A program made the position numbers and the translations under genes. DNA of 64,000 nucleotides from Entomortierella parvispora E1425 (Eukaryota; Fungi; Mortierellomycota), in assembly GCA_020891255.1 (NCBI GenBank), contig BQFW01000007.1:2542001-2606000 (forward strand), in the 5' to 3' direction. Under the pieces are notes generated by a model. The model saw only the letters and a program-made list of their open reading frames with translations, was not told where the DNA came from and ran no database searches. Shown here in pieces: positions 21,510 through 34,600 of this stretch (positions within the stretch are counted from its first letter, which is position 1; every line of letters starts with the position of its first letter).

Positions 21510-23532
21510 AGTGCGGCAGGGTTGTAACAGTTGGAGATGTTGCTGTTGTTGCTCTAGCAGATTTGTAGGGTGGTGTCTGTACTGTGGGTTGGGGTGTTGG
21601 TTGTAGAAGGTACGAAACTGTTCAGTGTGCTGACCCTGGAGCAGGAAAAAAGAAAGAAATTAGCCATCCTGTGCTGGACTTCCCTCGAGCGTGCTGGGGG
21701 GAGACGATCACACTTACAGAAGCGGACCGCTGTCGACTCAGTGGCATAGAAGACTCTCCAAGCAATGAAGTCAGAGAGGGTGAGGGCCGGATATGACGAT
21801 CTGAACAAGATCGTTGTCGCGAGACGGGTTGTACCAAATTTGAGGTAGATGATGATGATACCGATGTTGATTGAATCATGATGTGAAAGGTATCTGTGCA
21901 GGAGTATGTTGATTGGTTTTTGAGATTGAATGGGATAAGAAAGAGAGACGTGCGTAATATAGTATTTGCGCCAAGAAATAAAAAGAGGTCGTGAAAGAAA
22001 AAAGAGGAAAAAGTAGGTCGACTTTTGCACAGATAATCGATTCCAGGAGGGGGTTGGGGTCTGGACGGGTAGGTACCTGTTTTTTTTTCTTCTTCCCCTG
22101 GCGGTCGAGCTGATCTGGAAAAAAAAATAGAGAAAAAAGTAGAAAAGGGCAGTCTGCTGGGTCAGATTGCAAAGAAAAGGAGGCGGGGACAAAGGAAAGA
22201 AGGCAAAGAACAATGGGGAGATAAAATGTTGCCAAACAATTCAACCGTTGAAGGGGGGAAGGGGAGGGGGTGCAATCAAGAAAAGGGTCGTCAGAAAAAA
22301 TCAAAGGAGACAGATCCAAAAGAACATGGAAAAAAAAGAAGAGCAGCTAGACAGAGAAAACAGCCAAGGCCAAAAGGTGACGGCAAAGGTTTGATATTTT
22401 TGAAAATGAACGGAGAGAGTCTGGTGTCTGCAAGTACGCGGAAATCAAGAGGATGAGGAGAGCGTGGCAGAGGCTGATCTTGACTGTTGAGGATGTGAGC
22501 AAGCGAATGAACGAAAACGAACGAATCGAAATGTTGAGCGCGAACGGTGAGAAGGCGGGTAGGTTGTGAAAAAAGAAAGAAAGAAAAGGACAAGAGCAGA
22601 GGTAGGAGAGATAGAGCAGAGTGAAGCAGAGACAAGAAGCAGGGAGACGAGGCATGGGACGGATCGGACAAGGACCAAGGAGCACAGGCCAGACTGAGAG
22701 TGGCTGCTGCACGCACGACGGTGCGGACAGCAAACAGCCAGGGTACATTGTTCCCATGCACAAAATGCAATCCACGGGTCCTTCACTGTCCCACCACGTT
22801 TCATGTCAACAAAAGGCAAGCCGCCCCCGCCCATCATCCCCTTGTTTGGATAGCATCGGTGCAGTGTCGGTTACTCTCTTTGTTGGTGTGTTTGTATTCA
22901 TTTCCGCACATTCATTCATCGTCAAAGTAATAAACAGCATCCCAAAGGGGGAATAGGGGGCACAGGCTGGGCCCAATGGTCGAAACTGCGTTTCGCCGCT
23001 CCTCCCTTTCGTCCATTTCTCATGCCGCAATAAATTGCGGGTCCCAATAGACTTTGGCCTTGTACATGAATATAGATCTTGAACCGAGAGTTGATGCTTA
23101 CCTGATTCTCCAAGGGGAAGGACAGGCAGATCCTAGCGGAGACAGAGAAAGTCGTGATCTTTTTGCCTGATGACAATGACAATGACAGGATCACATAAAA
23201 AAAAAAAATGATTGCTGTCTCCGTGCTTCTCCCAGCGCAGGGATCCGGTCGTACAAAAGTGAATTGGCCCCCAACGCCCCCATTTCCCCCCCTAGACCAT
23301 ATATCGCGAAAGCAGGGCAATTCTCCGTGGGCTCGAGTGCAGGGGGATGTTTGACCCCTACTCTCCTGTCCAAAAAGAGAAGCCCTGCCCATCAAACACA
23401 CAGCCCCTGGAGATAAACACCCACTCTGGCACGGGCCATTTTGGGAGCTTAATGCAGGAACTGAGCCATGAGGCCACTGGACGCCTATATGGTTCGTTTC
23501 GATCTGTTGTTTATCTACTTGAAAATCAATAT

Positions 23533-25936
23533 TTACAGCCGAAACTCTAGCTCTGGCCCTTGATTAATCCCCAACAGGTCCTTCTGAGTCTTGCCCGACG
23601 ATGTTGGTGACGCGGTCGTAGAATGTACCAACATGGAAGAGCTTGGTGAGGAAGCCAAAGAAGAAACAGTCGTGCTGCTATCAGGTCTGTTCTTCCTCTT
23701 ATCCTCTGACAGGTACTGTCCCATGTAAACTGGGGAAGCAGGCACATTGCCTGCCAGAGACATCAGATTGGCAGTTTGCTGCTGCCAGTTTACACTCGCC
23801 ACCGTGTCTGGAATCCTGTGCCTCCGCTCCTCTGTTGTATAAGCTGTAGGCGTCAACTCCAACAATACGCCTTCTGGAATCTCCAAGCTTGGGATTTCCT
23901 ACGAGTTCATGAAAAAGCAATTGTTTGTTTCAGAATTTGGCACTAATGTCGTCCATGATTCAAAATGAGAGCACGTCAGGACCCTGATCGGGCCCCGTCA
24001 ATCAAACATACAGATTCCGGAAGGCCATTGAGATATCCATAGAGGCAACGAAGGACGCTCTCGTGTGCGACAATCAAAACATCGTTCTTCTCTCTCTCAA
24101 GCTCCAAAATCACTTTTTCGAGACGGTTGGCCAGATCATAGTAAGACTAATCGTATCAAGACATCAATATTTGTCCGTGAGTGGGTTATATCATCAAGGC
24201 AGACCCAAACCCAACAACATGTCTCATCGTACGACACTCACCTCTGCTCTTGGAAACCGGTGACGATAGGGATCGGCCTTGGCGCGTTGACACTCGTCAG
24301 GGTACTTCTCTTCAATCTCTTGAGGAGTCATCTGATCACACACTCCTGGGTTTCGCTCTGCGAGCACACTCCGTTGCCGAACAATAATTTCCTCATGATC
24401 CAAGAAGTGAGCAGCAGTCTGGAAGCTTCTCTTCCTTGAAGAAGTCCACACGGTGAGCTGCCTGGCTTTATCCTGCGGAGCCGATGAAACAGGCGACGAC
24501 AGAGCATTGGATTCCCGTAGAGTCAATAAAAAGTTTTTCAGGTTTTCAGCATATCGATGTCCAGAGGGCGCTAGCGGTGCGTCAGCTCTGTAAGACTGTT
24601 CATTTAGAGAAACGCCATTCTAAAAAGACAACTGAGTGTTAGTTGATTTTGAAAGTCATAAACCCAAAAGAGGACCTGGCACCCAGGCAATTGTGCTTAC
24701 CCTGGCAAAGTATATTGTCCGTGGAGAGATGTGCAGATTCGTCAGGTAGTAGACAATTTTGCTCTGAAGAAATCCTTGGGCATTGTTAACAATGATCCTC
24801 TCGCCAGCGTTGATGACCTTGACGAAGCTGAGTTTGAGGTCCGTGATCGTGGTATAGAATGGGACATGATTGGCAATCCTGCGCTTGAAGTCTTCGACAG
24901 CATCTGACTGATTCCAACCTACGTACTGTTGTGGAGTCAAGGAACACAAACAGGGGCCACGGGTTAAGCGGGGAAGACTTTTTTCGGTCACACATAAACA
25001 AGCTGCCCCTTTTTTTGCTTTGCATCACAGCAGATCGACCCGCCCTGCAACAGGGGATCCACTACTGCTCCCATCCTGCCATTCAGCGTCATCGACTAAA
25101 GAAAGAGCACTAATCCCAGTCAAGGTTTCCCCGGAATGTCCGCAAGAGCAGTAAAACAACAAAAAAAGCTCTTAAACTACTCACGTCAGGAGAAGACACT
25201 TTTACGCTGCGGATATTGGTGTCGATAATGTCTGGGTTATCGCAAATACTCTCGATGAGCAAGGGTTGGACATTGCAGGCCTTGAACCTGTCCACGAGTT
25301 CCTGTCTCCGCTCTGCAGTGGTGTTACTTCCGTCCAAGATTCCGACCTGGCCCCCTGCAGCAAACCATTGCACCATGTCATCAAGACATGCATTTGCAAT
25401 CTGAGCGCGCAATTCTGCTGTGGCCTTGTTGGCTATGATTTAGAATGCATGCTGAGGTTAGTTTACATGCTGCGTGCGTTTGTTTGTGGATGTGGTGCAT
25501 GTTTGCGGCCAACCAGGGACCACCAGCGAGATAAGATAAGAAATATGAGCAATGCGACGCATCGATAAAAAAAAAAAAAAAAAAAAAATCAACAGAGGGA
25601 AAACACGCGCAGGGTGTCCACAGCACTCACCAGGACTGAAAAAGTCATTCGTCACCTCAACGCCGATAATCTGTCGGCGGTAGTTGCCAACGCTGAAGAC
25701 CTTGGTTTGGACGCCCAGCCAGCGAAGGTATCTATAGAGCGAGCGCGAGATCGCCGTCTTGCCACGGGCGGGCAGGCTGGTTTGAAAGAAAGGAATCAGT
25801 TTTTTTGCACTGCTCCTCTTGTGGTGACACGAATCGAGACCGGAGAACAAAACATTTACCCGACGAGGATGATGGCAATGGCACCGGCATGGAACAATCG
25901 CCCGGACTCTGTCTTGTAGAGCTGTCCTGGGAACAT
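23533..25936 (-). CDS. 6-phosphofructo-2-kinase/fructose-2,6-bisphosphatase family (YLR345W-like), multi-exon
   Basis: [86 protein letters not shown]. The phosphatase RHG motif reads RNG. Confidence 0.9.
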
Positions 25937-26160
25937 TGAATTGAGCGTTGTGAGAAAGTAAGCGAAGGGATGTGAAGAGCAGAGAGGAATGAATGAGAGT
26001 GAATGAGGTGTGGGAGTGTGTGTGTTCGCTGCTTCTCTCAACGAGAGACCCAATGAAGACCGCACGTGATAGGATTGTTAAGGGTACTTTTTTTTTTTTT
26101 TTTTTTCATGAGCGCGAAGCACTTCGAACATCTTTATCTCTATCTCTATTTATCTCTATC

Positions 26161-28538
26161 TTACTTGGCAAGACCAAGATCCTTGGCAATCATGCCGGCA
26201 GCAATGGGGTGGTAGAATGACTTGTGCTTCAAGAAAGTTTCACGCGCTAACTCTGCTCCATTCTTGGCGTGGTACAGAGATCTATATGAGATTTCAAGGG
26301 AAAAGTTTCAATAAATCAGATTACCAGATATTACCCGATACCTTCTTCTTCTCTTCGTGCCTTTTGATCCACGGGCTCAAAGAAACCCAAAAGAAACAAC
26401 CACTCCTATTTTACCTGAGCAATGGACGGCAGAACTTCATACGACCCATTGTGCTAGCAAACTCTGCGACTTGGGGGTAAATTTTTTCATAGTCTGCCTT
26501 CAGGCAGACCATTTGCCAGCGGAACCGAATCTCGGCATTCTGAACGGGCGTGAGCTTGTAAAGAGAATCCATCAAATCCAAATGAGTATGGGGGAGAGCA
26601 TCAATTTCCGAGACACGCTCCAAGAAGACGGTCGTCTGGGTTGAGGAGAACTCCTCGAGGTCCTTGGGTGTGAACTCGGTAGGGTGAGCCTCGTGGCGAG
26701 ATTGGTCCCACTTCTTGGAGAGGCAAGAGCAAGCTCTCGCAAGAGTATCGTCAAACTTGTTGTCCACAGGAGGCTAATATAGGAAGAGATGCGAGTTAGA
26801 GTCGCGTCATTTCACACCACTGTCGTACAATACCCTGCCGCAGACTGGGAATCTAAGTTTAAAAGTAGTCCAGAACCTACCATGCCAGTGCCGGCGAGCC
26901 ATGCCTCCCAGTCGACCTTGTTCAAAAGATCGACCTTCTCCTGTCCGAAAGTCTTCTCCATGAACGAGTACAAGAAAGCCTTCCAGTCATCGGTGTTGAT
27001 AGAGCGTCCAGCAAACTCCTGGACATGGGCCTTCAAGTAGGGCTCAAAGACAGCAGCACCACCGAGGTGCTTCTCCAAGTAGTACAACAAGTTAAAGCCC
27101 TTCTCTATTGTCATCAAATGAGATGAAAGAAGGATAAGTACAAGATGTAATAGAGCGAAATTTCAACTGTTTGCAAGGGTATATTAGATTCGTTCATTGG
27201 CCATGTACCGTAGGGGATAGACGAGAAAGCATCATCTGGATCCTCGCCACGGAGGCAGGGGCGAAGGGCTGTGAAAGGATGGCTTTCACCATAGAGCTCG
27301 ACACTCTCGACCATAGCCTTGTGACCAATAATGGCGCTGAATTCAGCGCGCTGCAGTCCCTGCATGCGGCCCAAAATCTTGCGCTCAACAAAAACGGTGA
27401 ATCCTTCGTTCAACCTAATGTGGCACCAATTGCACAGGCAGACATGTTAATGACAAGTAACGATACTCCATAGCAATAAAAAAAATAAAGAGTTGATTGT
27501 ACCAGAAGTGCTCCCAGTTCTCAGTTGTGACAAGGTTACCCATCCAACTGTGAGCAATCTCGTGGGCAACAACATCGACCAAAGAACGGTCTCCAGCCAA
27601 GAGCGAGGGGGTGACAAAGGTCAAGCAGGGGTTCTCCATGCCACCGTAGGGGAAGGAGGCAGGCAAGACCAAGAGATCATAACGACCCCAGTCGTAAGGG
27701 GTCAAGAGCTCCTCGCCAGTGCGAATAAAGGTCTCGGTGTCAACAAACTCCCAGGCGGCGGCCTCAATAACCTCGGGCTCGGTCCAAACAGTCGAACGAG
27801 GTCCAATCTCACGTCCCTCCAGGTTACCGACAGCAAGTGCGATCAAGTACGAGGGCATGCGGGTCTTCTGGTGGAACTTGAAGGTGGTGGTGCCGTTGGC
27901 CTGCTTCTCCTCTCCAGTGGGGACAGCAGACATGACAGCGCGAAGGGGAGCATTGATGTTGGCGCTGTAGGTCAACTTGACGGAAGGACTGTCCTGGCAA
28001 GGAACCATGGAGCGGGCATGAATAGCCTGGCACTGAGTAAAGAGGTAAGGGTGCTTCTTTCCAACAGTCTGGCTGGGCTCGAGCCACTGGCAGGCAGTGC
28101 ACTCTTCCGTGGTGGCATATCCAATGAGAATGTTGACCTTGTCGCCCTTAGACACAGCCTGGGCCAACTCGATGGTCAATGCAGAGCCGTACTTCTCATG
28201 ACGCTTCTCAAGGGTGTGCTATATTTATGCAAGCCAATCAGATTCCTGTTAGTCATGATCCACAAGGCTTACGGTCGAAGCAACAAAATGACATTCCAAG
28301 GTCGAAGAGAGCGAGATGGAGATGGTACCTTGAGAGCTTCACCAGCGACAGTGACAGAGTGAATGGCGATGAAGCTGGTGTCAAGAACAACCTTCGTGAC
28401 ATTGTCGGCGATGGCCTCGATCTCGAGCTCAGCAGAGCCAGAGAGGGTCTTCTTCTCGAAGCTGACGGCGAGGTCAAGGTGAATGTGGTTGGTCTTCACC
28501 TCGTCGAGGTTGGACAATGAAGTGGGATCGTATGGCAT
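26161..28538 (-). CDS. LAP2: Leukotriene A4 hydrolase / M1 aminopeptidase, multi-exon
   Basis: DPTSLSN; YLFTQCQAIHARSMVPCQDSPSVK; GAMEN-type GGMENP; zinc motif HEIAHSW...NEGFT; FSSIPYEKG; GRMKFCRPL; final exon FYHPIAAGMIAKDLGLAK*. Confidence 0.95.
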
Positions 28539-29073
28539 GGCGAGGGATGTGGATGTGGATGTGGGAAGGAGTGAATGGAGAGGAAACAAAAAGAGAAGAG
28601 ACGATCTGCTCCAAATCGGGTGTCTTTTGTGTTTCTTCCCGCGCTGCTGGAAGAATCAAAAATCGTGGGAAACACCGCGTGGCCGCCATTCGCTGGATCA
28701 AACTGGCTTCTGAAGACCCCGCGTTTTTCTTTTATTCTCCCGCCATCCACACGAATGATGGGTAATAGCCAGCACTCCGCTTGGTGGTAATAGCAACAGC
28801 GCTTCCTGTCATTTGCAGACTCTCGTTATGAATGCCACTCCGTCCACTCAGTCGAATCTTAGTTCCGTCGCGCGGATGGTGCCTGTCAAAACAAAGGTGC
28901 AATGCTTCATAGAGACTCGCGAGGACAAATACAGCAGAACATCGGGCCCGTTAAAAATTTAGGAAGAAATCTCAAGGTAGTTTCTAAATTGATAGAGGGC
29001 CCTATGAGATTCACTTTGCTCGATCCCTCGACTGAAACGATTTGATGTCCACCTCAGATGTCAATGGCAACGC

Positions 29074-29600
29074 TTGAAGCACAACAAGTCAGATCAAGAT
29101 TGGGTCTTTCTAGAGCTCAGTTTCAAATGTATCATTGGTGAGATCTCACTGCTAGATATCGCCATAAACACCATGAGGGTCCCATTGATTCGCGATCTCT
29201 GCTACCTCGCCGTCAACTCAATGGCCTCAAGTCGATACACACAAAGGCGGGCCATGGCAAGAATCTTTCGTTTAGACTAGCTGTAGATCTCGTTGGGACA
29301 AGATGTCATCAGTGGACCTGAAGAGTCTATGTTCACTGATGACGAGTTTGGGACGACAACAACGAGGAACTGCAAACCACACATCATTGACTCTGGAAGA
29401 CGGATTGGACCAGTTGAAAAACTTGAAGTATATGGGGAGGGTGTTCCTGGAGCGAATGAACGGTCCTGAACTATCAGAACAAGTGTGGAAGGGCGTAATA
29501 CCTAAAAATCACTTTACGCACTATTCAACCTCCACATTAAAAAAAAATGTGGCTTCGTTTCTGGCAGAACATGCGACGCGTTCGCGTTCTTGGGAGCTCC
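29074..29600 (+). pseudogene. Decayed C-terminal fragment of an F-box/LRR-family gene
   Basis: HTSLTLEDGLDQLKNLKYMGRVFLERMN resembles the L-T-L-E-S-G-L-x-x-L-x-x-L C-terminal signature I recall in Mortierellaceae F-box proteins. It is split by stops and frame changes, with no F-box upstream. Confidence 0.45.
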
Positions 29601-31604
29601 TTTGTTTCTTGTTTCTTGGTATAATAGAGTCTAATAGCTCTCAACTTTTATTCCTCAACAGCCATTCTATCTAAGGCCTGCTCTCAGTCACCTCACTCTC
29701 TACAACGAGGAAGCAAAGGTGTGCAGGGCGCGCCAACGAGCAGGCGGCAGGCCATCGCGTCCCGTACCTACCTTATGTATACTTTACCTGGGTTATACCT
29801 CCACTCGAGACAGCGGACTGCACCTTAAAGCACTTTTAGATCTTGCCTGTCTGGTCATGTTGCCACCCAGTCTCTCGACCAATTTAATGACTTGGGTTTA
29901 CTATTTTCCCAAGACGAGGGCATTACCGGGGCCTACGATCACGGTGCTTGGAGGGGTTGAAAGTAAGGTGCAGTGTCCGCCAAGAGTGAGGACGATGACT
30001 TGGAGCGGGAATAGTCTTATAGACAAAAGCAAAAAAAAAACAGAAAACATAAAACAAAAAAGCAAACAAAAGCAACATGCAAGGACAATGAACAAACAAA
30101 TCAACAAAGAATGAGAACAGAGGAATGAGCCCAAGCCATTGCCGTTACCATTTCGCAAAGTGAGAGATGTAGCATGGTTTCGGCTACGGAAGGGGTGGGA
30201 GTCAAAGGTGAGGTAAGAGGGAGGAACGAAAGCAGTGCAGCGGTGAAGAAGAAAGGAAGAAGGGAGCGATGGTCAAGAGCAGCGCCTGCCTTTTGGCGTG
30301 TGCTGGGATAGGATGCCAAGCCACCGCAGGCAATGTCTCGATGCTTCAGTGCGGCCATCATCGCTTCGAGCTCTTGGTTCGCATGTACCACGAAGAAGCA
30401 AGGGATCATGGAGGGGAGCATTTACGTGTGCAGATCTTTACTTCTTCAGACAGCGCGTCGAACGCAGGACCACCTTGCTGCGGCCATGGGCCACTTCATG
30501 GTTCATCTGACTGTTTCCTCGCGAAAAAGAAGGCTTGGGTTGAAGCTAATGTTGTTCTTCACCATGGGTGTATTTATACTAGAGAAAGCTCTTCGGCAAA
30601 ACAAATTGATTACAAAAAGCACAACACAGAAGAGTTGACGGCAACATAGGAATGGCGAGGGTCTTTGGTCGTTGCGGAATAGATATCCAAAGGTCTTGGT
30701 AGGGTCAGCATCATGACCACCGACTAAATTGCTGAACTTGGCAGTGCCCATACCGAGCGCAGACTTGGAGGTATTGGGAAGAGTCGCGTCAAAGGCCGGA
30801 TGGACAAGGAAGTTTGAATTCGGTAGACCGAAAAGAGAACTTGACCATGGATCGTCACGAGCTGACCCACGGCTCGCGGAGGGGGAAAAGCGCGAAAAAG
30901 CGCGATTTTCTTTTGAACGCGGATTGTGTGGACTCGATTTGGACAAATTATCGTCATGAGAGCCAAGTGAGACCCCCCTTTTGACCTTCTCTGTCTATAC
31001 TTCTTCTCATCCTCAATCGCTGTGCTTTCCCATTACCATGAGCAACTCCAGTTGATGAATAAGAAACTGAAAGTGATTATACCGGAGCAGACAGTGGTGT
31101 TTTGCTATAACAATGGGCGTAGTTGGAGCGCTGGATGTGGTAGCCCCAAGGTGATTTTGTTTTGTTCTGAATCAAGTCCCTGATGGCAACCTTTTCAATG
31201 GGTAATCATGGATTATTCTTATTTTTATTTCTCTGGTTCAAATATCGCTCTGCTTCGCACAAAAGCTTCTTGGTCCTATCTTTCTACAAACTTTTCTGTG
31301 CTTTTCTACCTTTTTTTTTTTTTTTTTTTGTGACAAACCAACACTAATTTTGTGGTTTCCCCAGGGTATTCCAAAAATCAAAATATCAAACAGAAAAGGA
31401 ACTGAAAGAAACTATTTACAGGTTCGCTCCTTCTTCCTCCAAAACAAGGGTGATGCCTTGTTTTCCTTTTTCTCGAGCTCAAGTCCACCACAGTATTTCG
31501 ATCACAACAGAAAATAAAAACAAAAACAAAAAAAAACAAGAGAAAGAAAACAGAAAAAAGGCAAAAAAAGATAAGAAAACTGAAATCCACCCTGCCTGAT
31601 CGCC

Positions 31605-34600
31605 TTAATGACGCGACACGCCTGCACGCGGACTGACCAATCCCGTGGCCGAGGGCAAGCGGCTTCCATAAGCAGGGATGCCAGATGCATTGGAGGTCGG
31701 GGTCCGGGGTCTAGCCAAGAAAGAGTTGGAGCCCACACTTGAATTCGATCCGGCGCTTAGAGGTGAGGGGGAGCTGGGACGGTTCGACCTTGCTGTTGAG
31801 ACCGATGGAGGGACAAGTCTCGAAGACGAAGACGAAGCAGAGGGAGGCTTTAATCCAGACCGCGGTGTTGGGATACCGCCCAAGGGTCGGGCAAGAGCAG
31901 TCTTGGAAGACGAAGGCGATTGTGGTGGTGTCAAAACTGAGTAATCTTCCTGCCCTGCATCCAACGAATCGATGTAATCGTGTTCCCGATCAGCGGCTGC
32001 AGCAGCGGCGCCGGCGGCGGAGAATGTGTTGGGCGCCATCAGTCGACTATTCGATCCGTACATGGAGACGGCCCTTGCAGATCCTGGGGTTGTCAAGCGT
32101 GATCCTGCACTGGTGCCCGTCGCATGGTTCAAGCGTTGCGACAAAGGAGCTACAGTATCATGAGACATAGACCGGATGGAGGATGTTGAGGATTGGGAGG
32201 ATGTAGGCGATACCATGTATGAGGCTGAACTCGCAGGTCGTCCTGAAGGCAACCGCGAAGGACTTGTGAGCTGGAGTGAACCCTGGGAGCCTGCCTTTGA
32301 CGGACTGGTCCTGGCTGGTATCCTTCCTGGAGGTGCAATCCGAGAAGATGATGTTGTCGTGCCAGGTGATGGAAGGAGGGACTGTCGCTTGGCAGCCGTG
32401 TTTCCAGCAGCAATCGAAGAGGTGCCTGCAACTTGTGTTGTCCTCCTGAGGGTCGAAGGAGCTGCCAGTTGACTTGTGCTTCCTGCCCGAGGAACTCCTG
32501 TAGAGGCACGGCCTGGCATGATAGCGGCCTTGCGCTGATCACCTACGGAGACTGCTCGAGGAAGAATACCTGCCCGTCCAGGAGCCGCCAGACCGCTCCT
32601 GATGGAGGATGTTGCAGAGGCTTTGGGTGCCAGCAGTCCGTTCCTGGCGGGTACTGAGCTTCCTGCGGGTCGGGCCATTGACCCAATCTTGGAGGTGGCG
32701 ACTCCTGAAGCTGCTGCCCTTGGTTGCACCAGTCCTGAACGAGCGGCCAAAGGGGCCGTCAATCGACTCGCAGGTGCCTTCAATCCAGATCCAGCTCCTG
32801 CACCAGGCAGTCGAGAGGACGATGCACCAGGCGCAGGAAGCTTGCTGTAGATATTGCCCCGTCCACTGGTAGAACTTGTGTTGCTTGATGTGCTGGCGGT
32901 GCTCAAGCGATTTCCGGCTCTAGGGTTCTTCAGCCCAGAAGGTGTGTCCAGAGAGTCGCCATCCAAGTCATAGGGATTCCTGCCGTCTGCAAAGCGTGAT
33001 GAAGTGGATGGTGCTACTAGTTTTGAGATTCCTCCATAACTCAATCCACGGATGCCTGGAGTGGATGAGGTTTTGAGAGACATCCGAGAGAAGGATTTGA
33101 GAGTCTGACCAAATTCTTGATCTTCCTCTGTCACTGGCATCTATCAAGATCGGAACAAAAAAGAAAATGAGATGAGATTCTTTCAACACGGTGTTGATCA
33201 TCCGTCTTCAAATAGGGATAAACACGAACCATTACCTCGGACTCGCTCACATATTCATCCCAGAGCTCCTCGGCAGCCTGGTTCTCAAACTGTTGCATCA
33301 TAGTCTCTTCAGAGACCGTCCTGCTCCGGGGGTCATTTTGGCTCTGCTATACGTGTCAATAAGGGCCATTATCATATCAGTGGGAGCATTCACTCTTTGA
33401 GACTTGCGGAAATATCTAAGGATGGCCTATCCTTTCTATCTCTCTGCACTTACGTTCCGCGAGCGCTGTGGTTGCTGTTGCTGTTGTTGTTGTTGGAGCT
33501 GCTGCTGCTGTTGCTGTTGTTGTTGCTCTCTTGACCATTCGAGATCATCGCCTTCTTCCAAATCCAGCGGACATTCTTCATTGATGTCAGACCCTTCTGC
33601 GATGAGAGCCTCCAGGTTGACAGAGCCGTTGCTTTCTTGTGAGCTCACCGAGGATGACCGTGCCCTTGCCCAGCCACTGATCGTAGACGACATAGAGGAG
33701 CGAGCAGAGGGACGTGACTCGTAGGCGCTGCTGAAACTGTTGGATCGTTCCATTACCCAAGAAGAGGTAAGCAAAACGGAGAGGAAGGGGGATAGTCGTG
33801 ATGGTTTTTGAGTGGGTCAATGAGTGGGTGAGAGCGGGAGGTGTGGGAAGAATCCAAAGAGGGAGGAGAGAAGAAGGGAAAAAAAAGAGTTAACATCGTG
33901 TCCAAGGGGATCCTACTGTCCCCTCTCTCTGTCTCCCTCTCCTTTTGCACTGGCAGATGTATGTTGGCATGATGGAAAGAGTGACCCCACAAAACCCGAC
34001 ACACATTCGTTCTGTGAGTCCACTCCTTCCCTCTGTGCCTTCCTCCTGTCTCTCGTCGTCCTGCCCTCCTTCTTTCTTTCACCCCTGCAATACGAGCGAG
34101 AAGTAGCATATCCCATCGGAGAAGAGAATGGGGAGAGAAAGAGGGTGATCGAAGGGCAGAGAACAAGGGGACATTGGGGGCAAAAAAAATGTGAGGTGAA
34201 AGGGTCCATTCCCAGCGACAAGACGCGCCTTGGCCATCTTTGCAACCAGGGCGGGATCTGTGTGTTGCACTGCATGGTTTCAATGACGCCGATATTGCAT
34301 GCAGCGTCCGTTTCCCCTGTCAGCCCATATTTGCTCATTTTTTTTGTTCTTTTTTGCAAGATGTTCAGCACAAACGCCTTGTCCCTTTCATGAACTTGCA
34401 CCCCTGGCCCAATTGATCCACCTTGGATTGTTCGAGTTGAGTCTCTACCCTCTCGTTCCCCCCGCGCGAGACCCATCCCCTAGTCCCGTAACAAACTGTC
34501 CCCCCGAGAGCCTCCGTATTTTTGACCTCCCTCTCCCCTCCCCTGGATGCTGCATCCCTCATTTATCACGAAAAATGGAAACAAAAAAAGAACATGGCGG

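Noticed and set aside
21554-23401. Many 70-220 aa ORFs rich in F/L/S or K/R/E
   Set aside because: Translations of poly-pyrimidine and poly-purine tracts in a long promoter/UTR region.
28539-28655. Acid-free in-frame extension upstream of LTA4H as a second non-AUG presequence
   Set aside because: Only ~38 codons, mostly a CT/ACATCC-repeat leader; too weak compared with the TRZ1 case.
30101-30966. Overlapping ORFs on both strands (up to 147 aa)
   Set aside because: No family motif, no consistent splice model and no strand preference; cannot support a gene.
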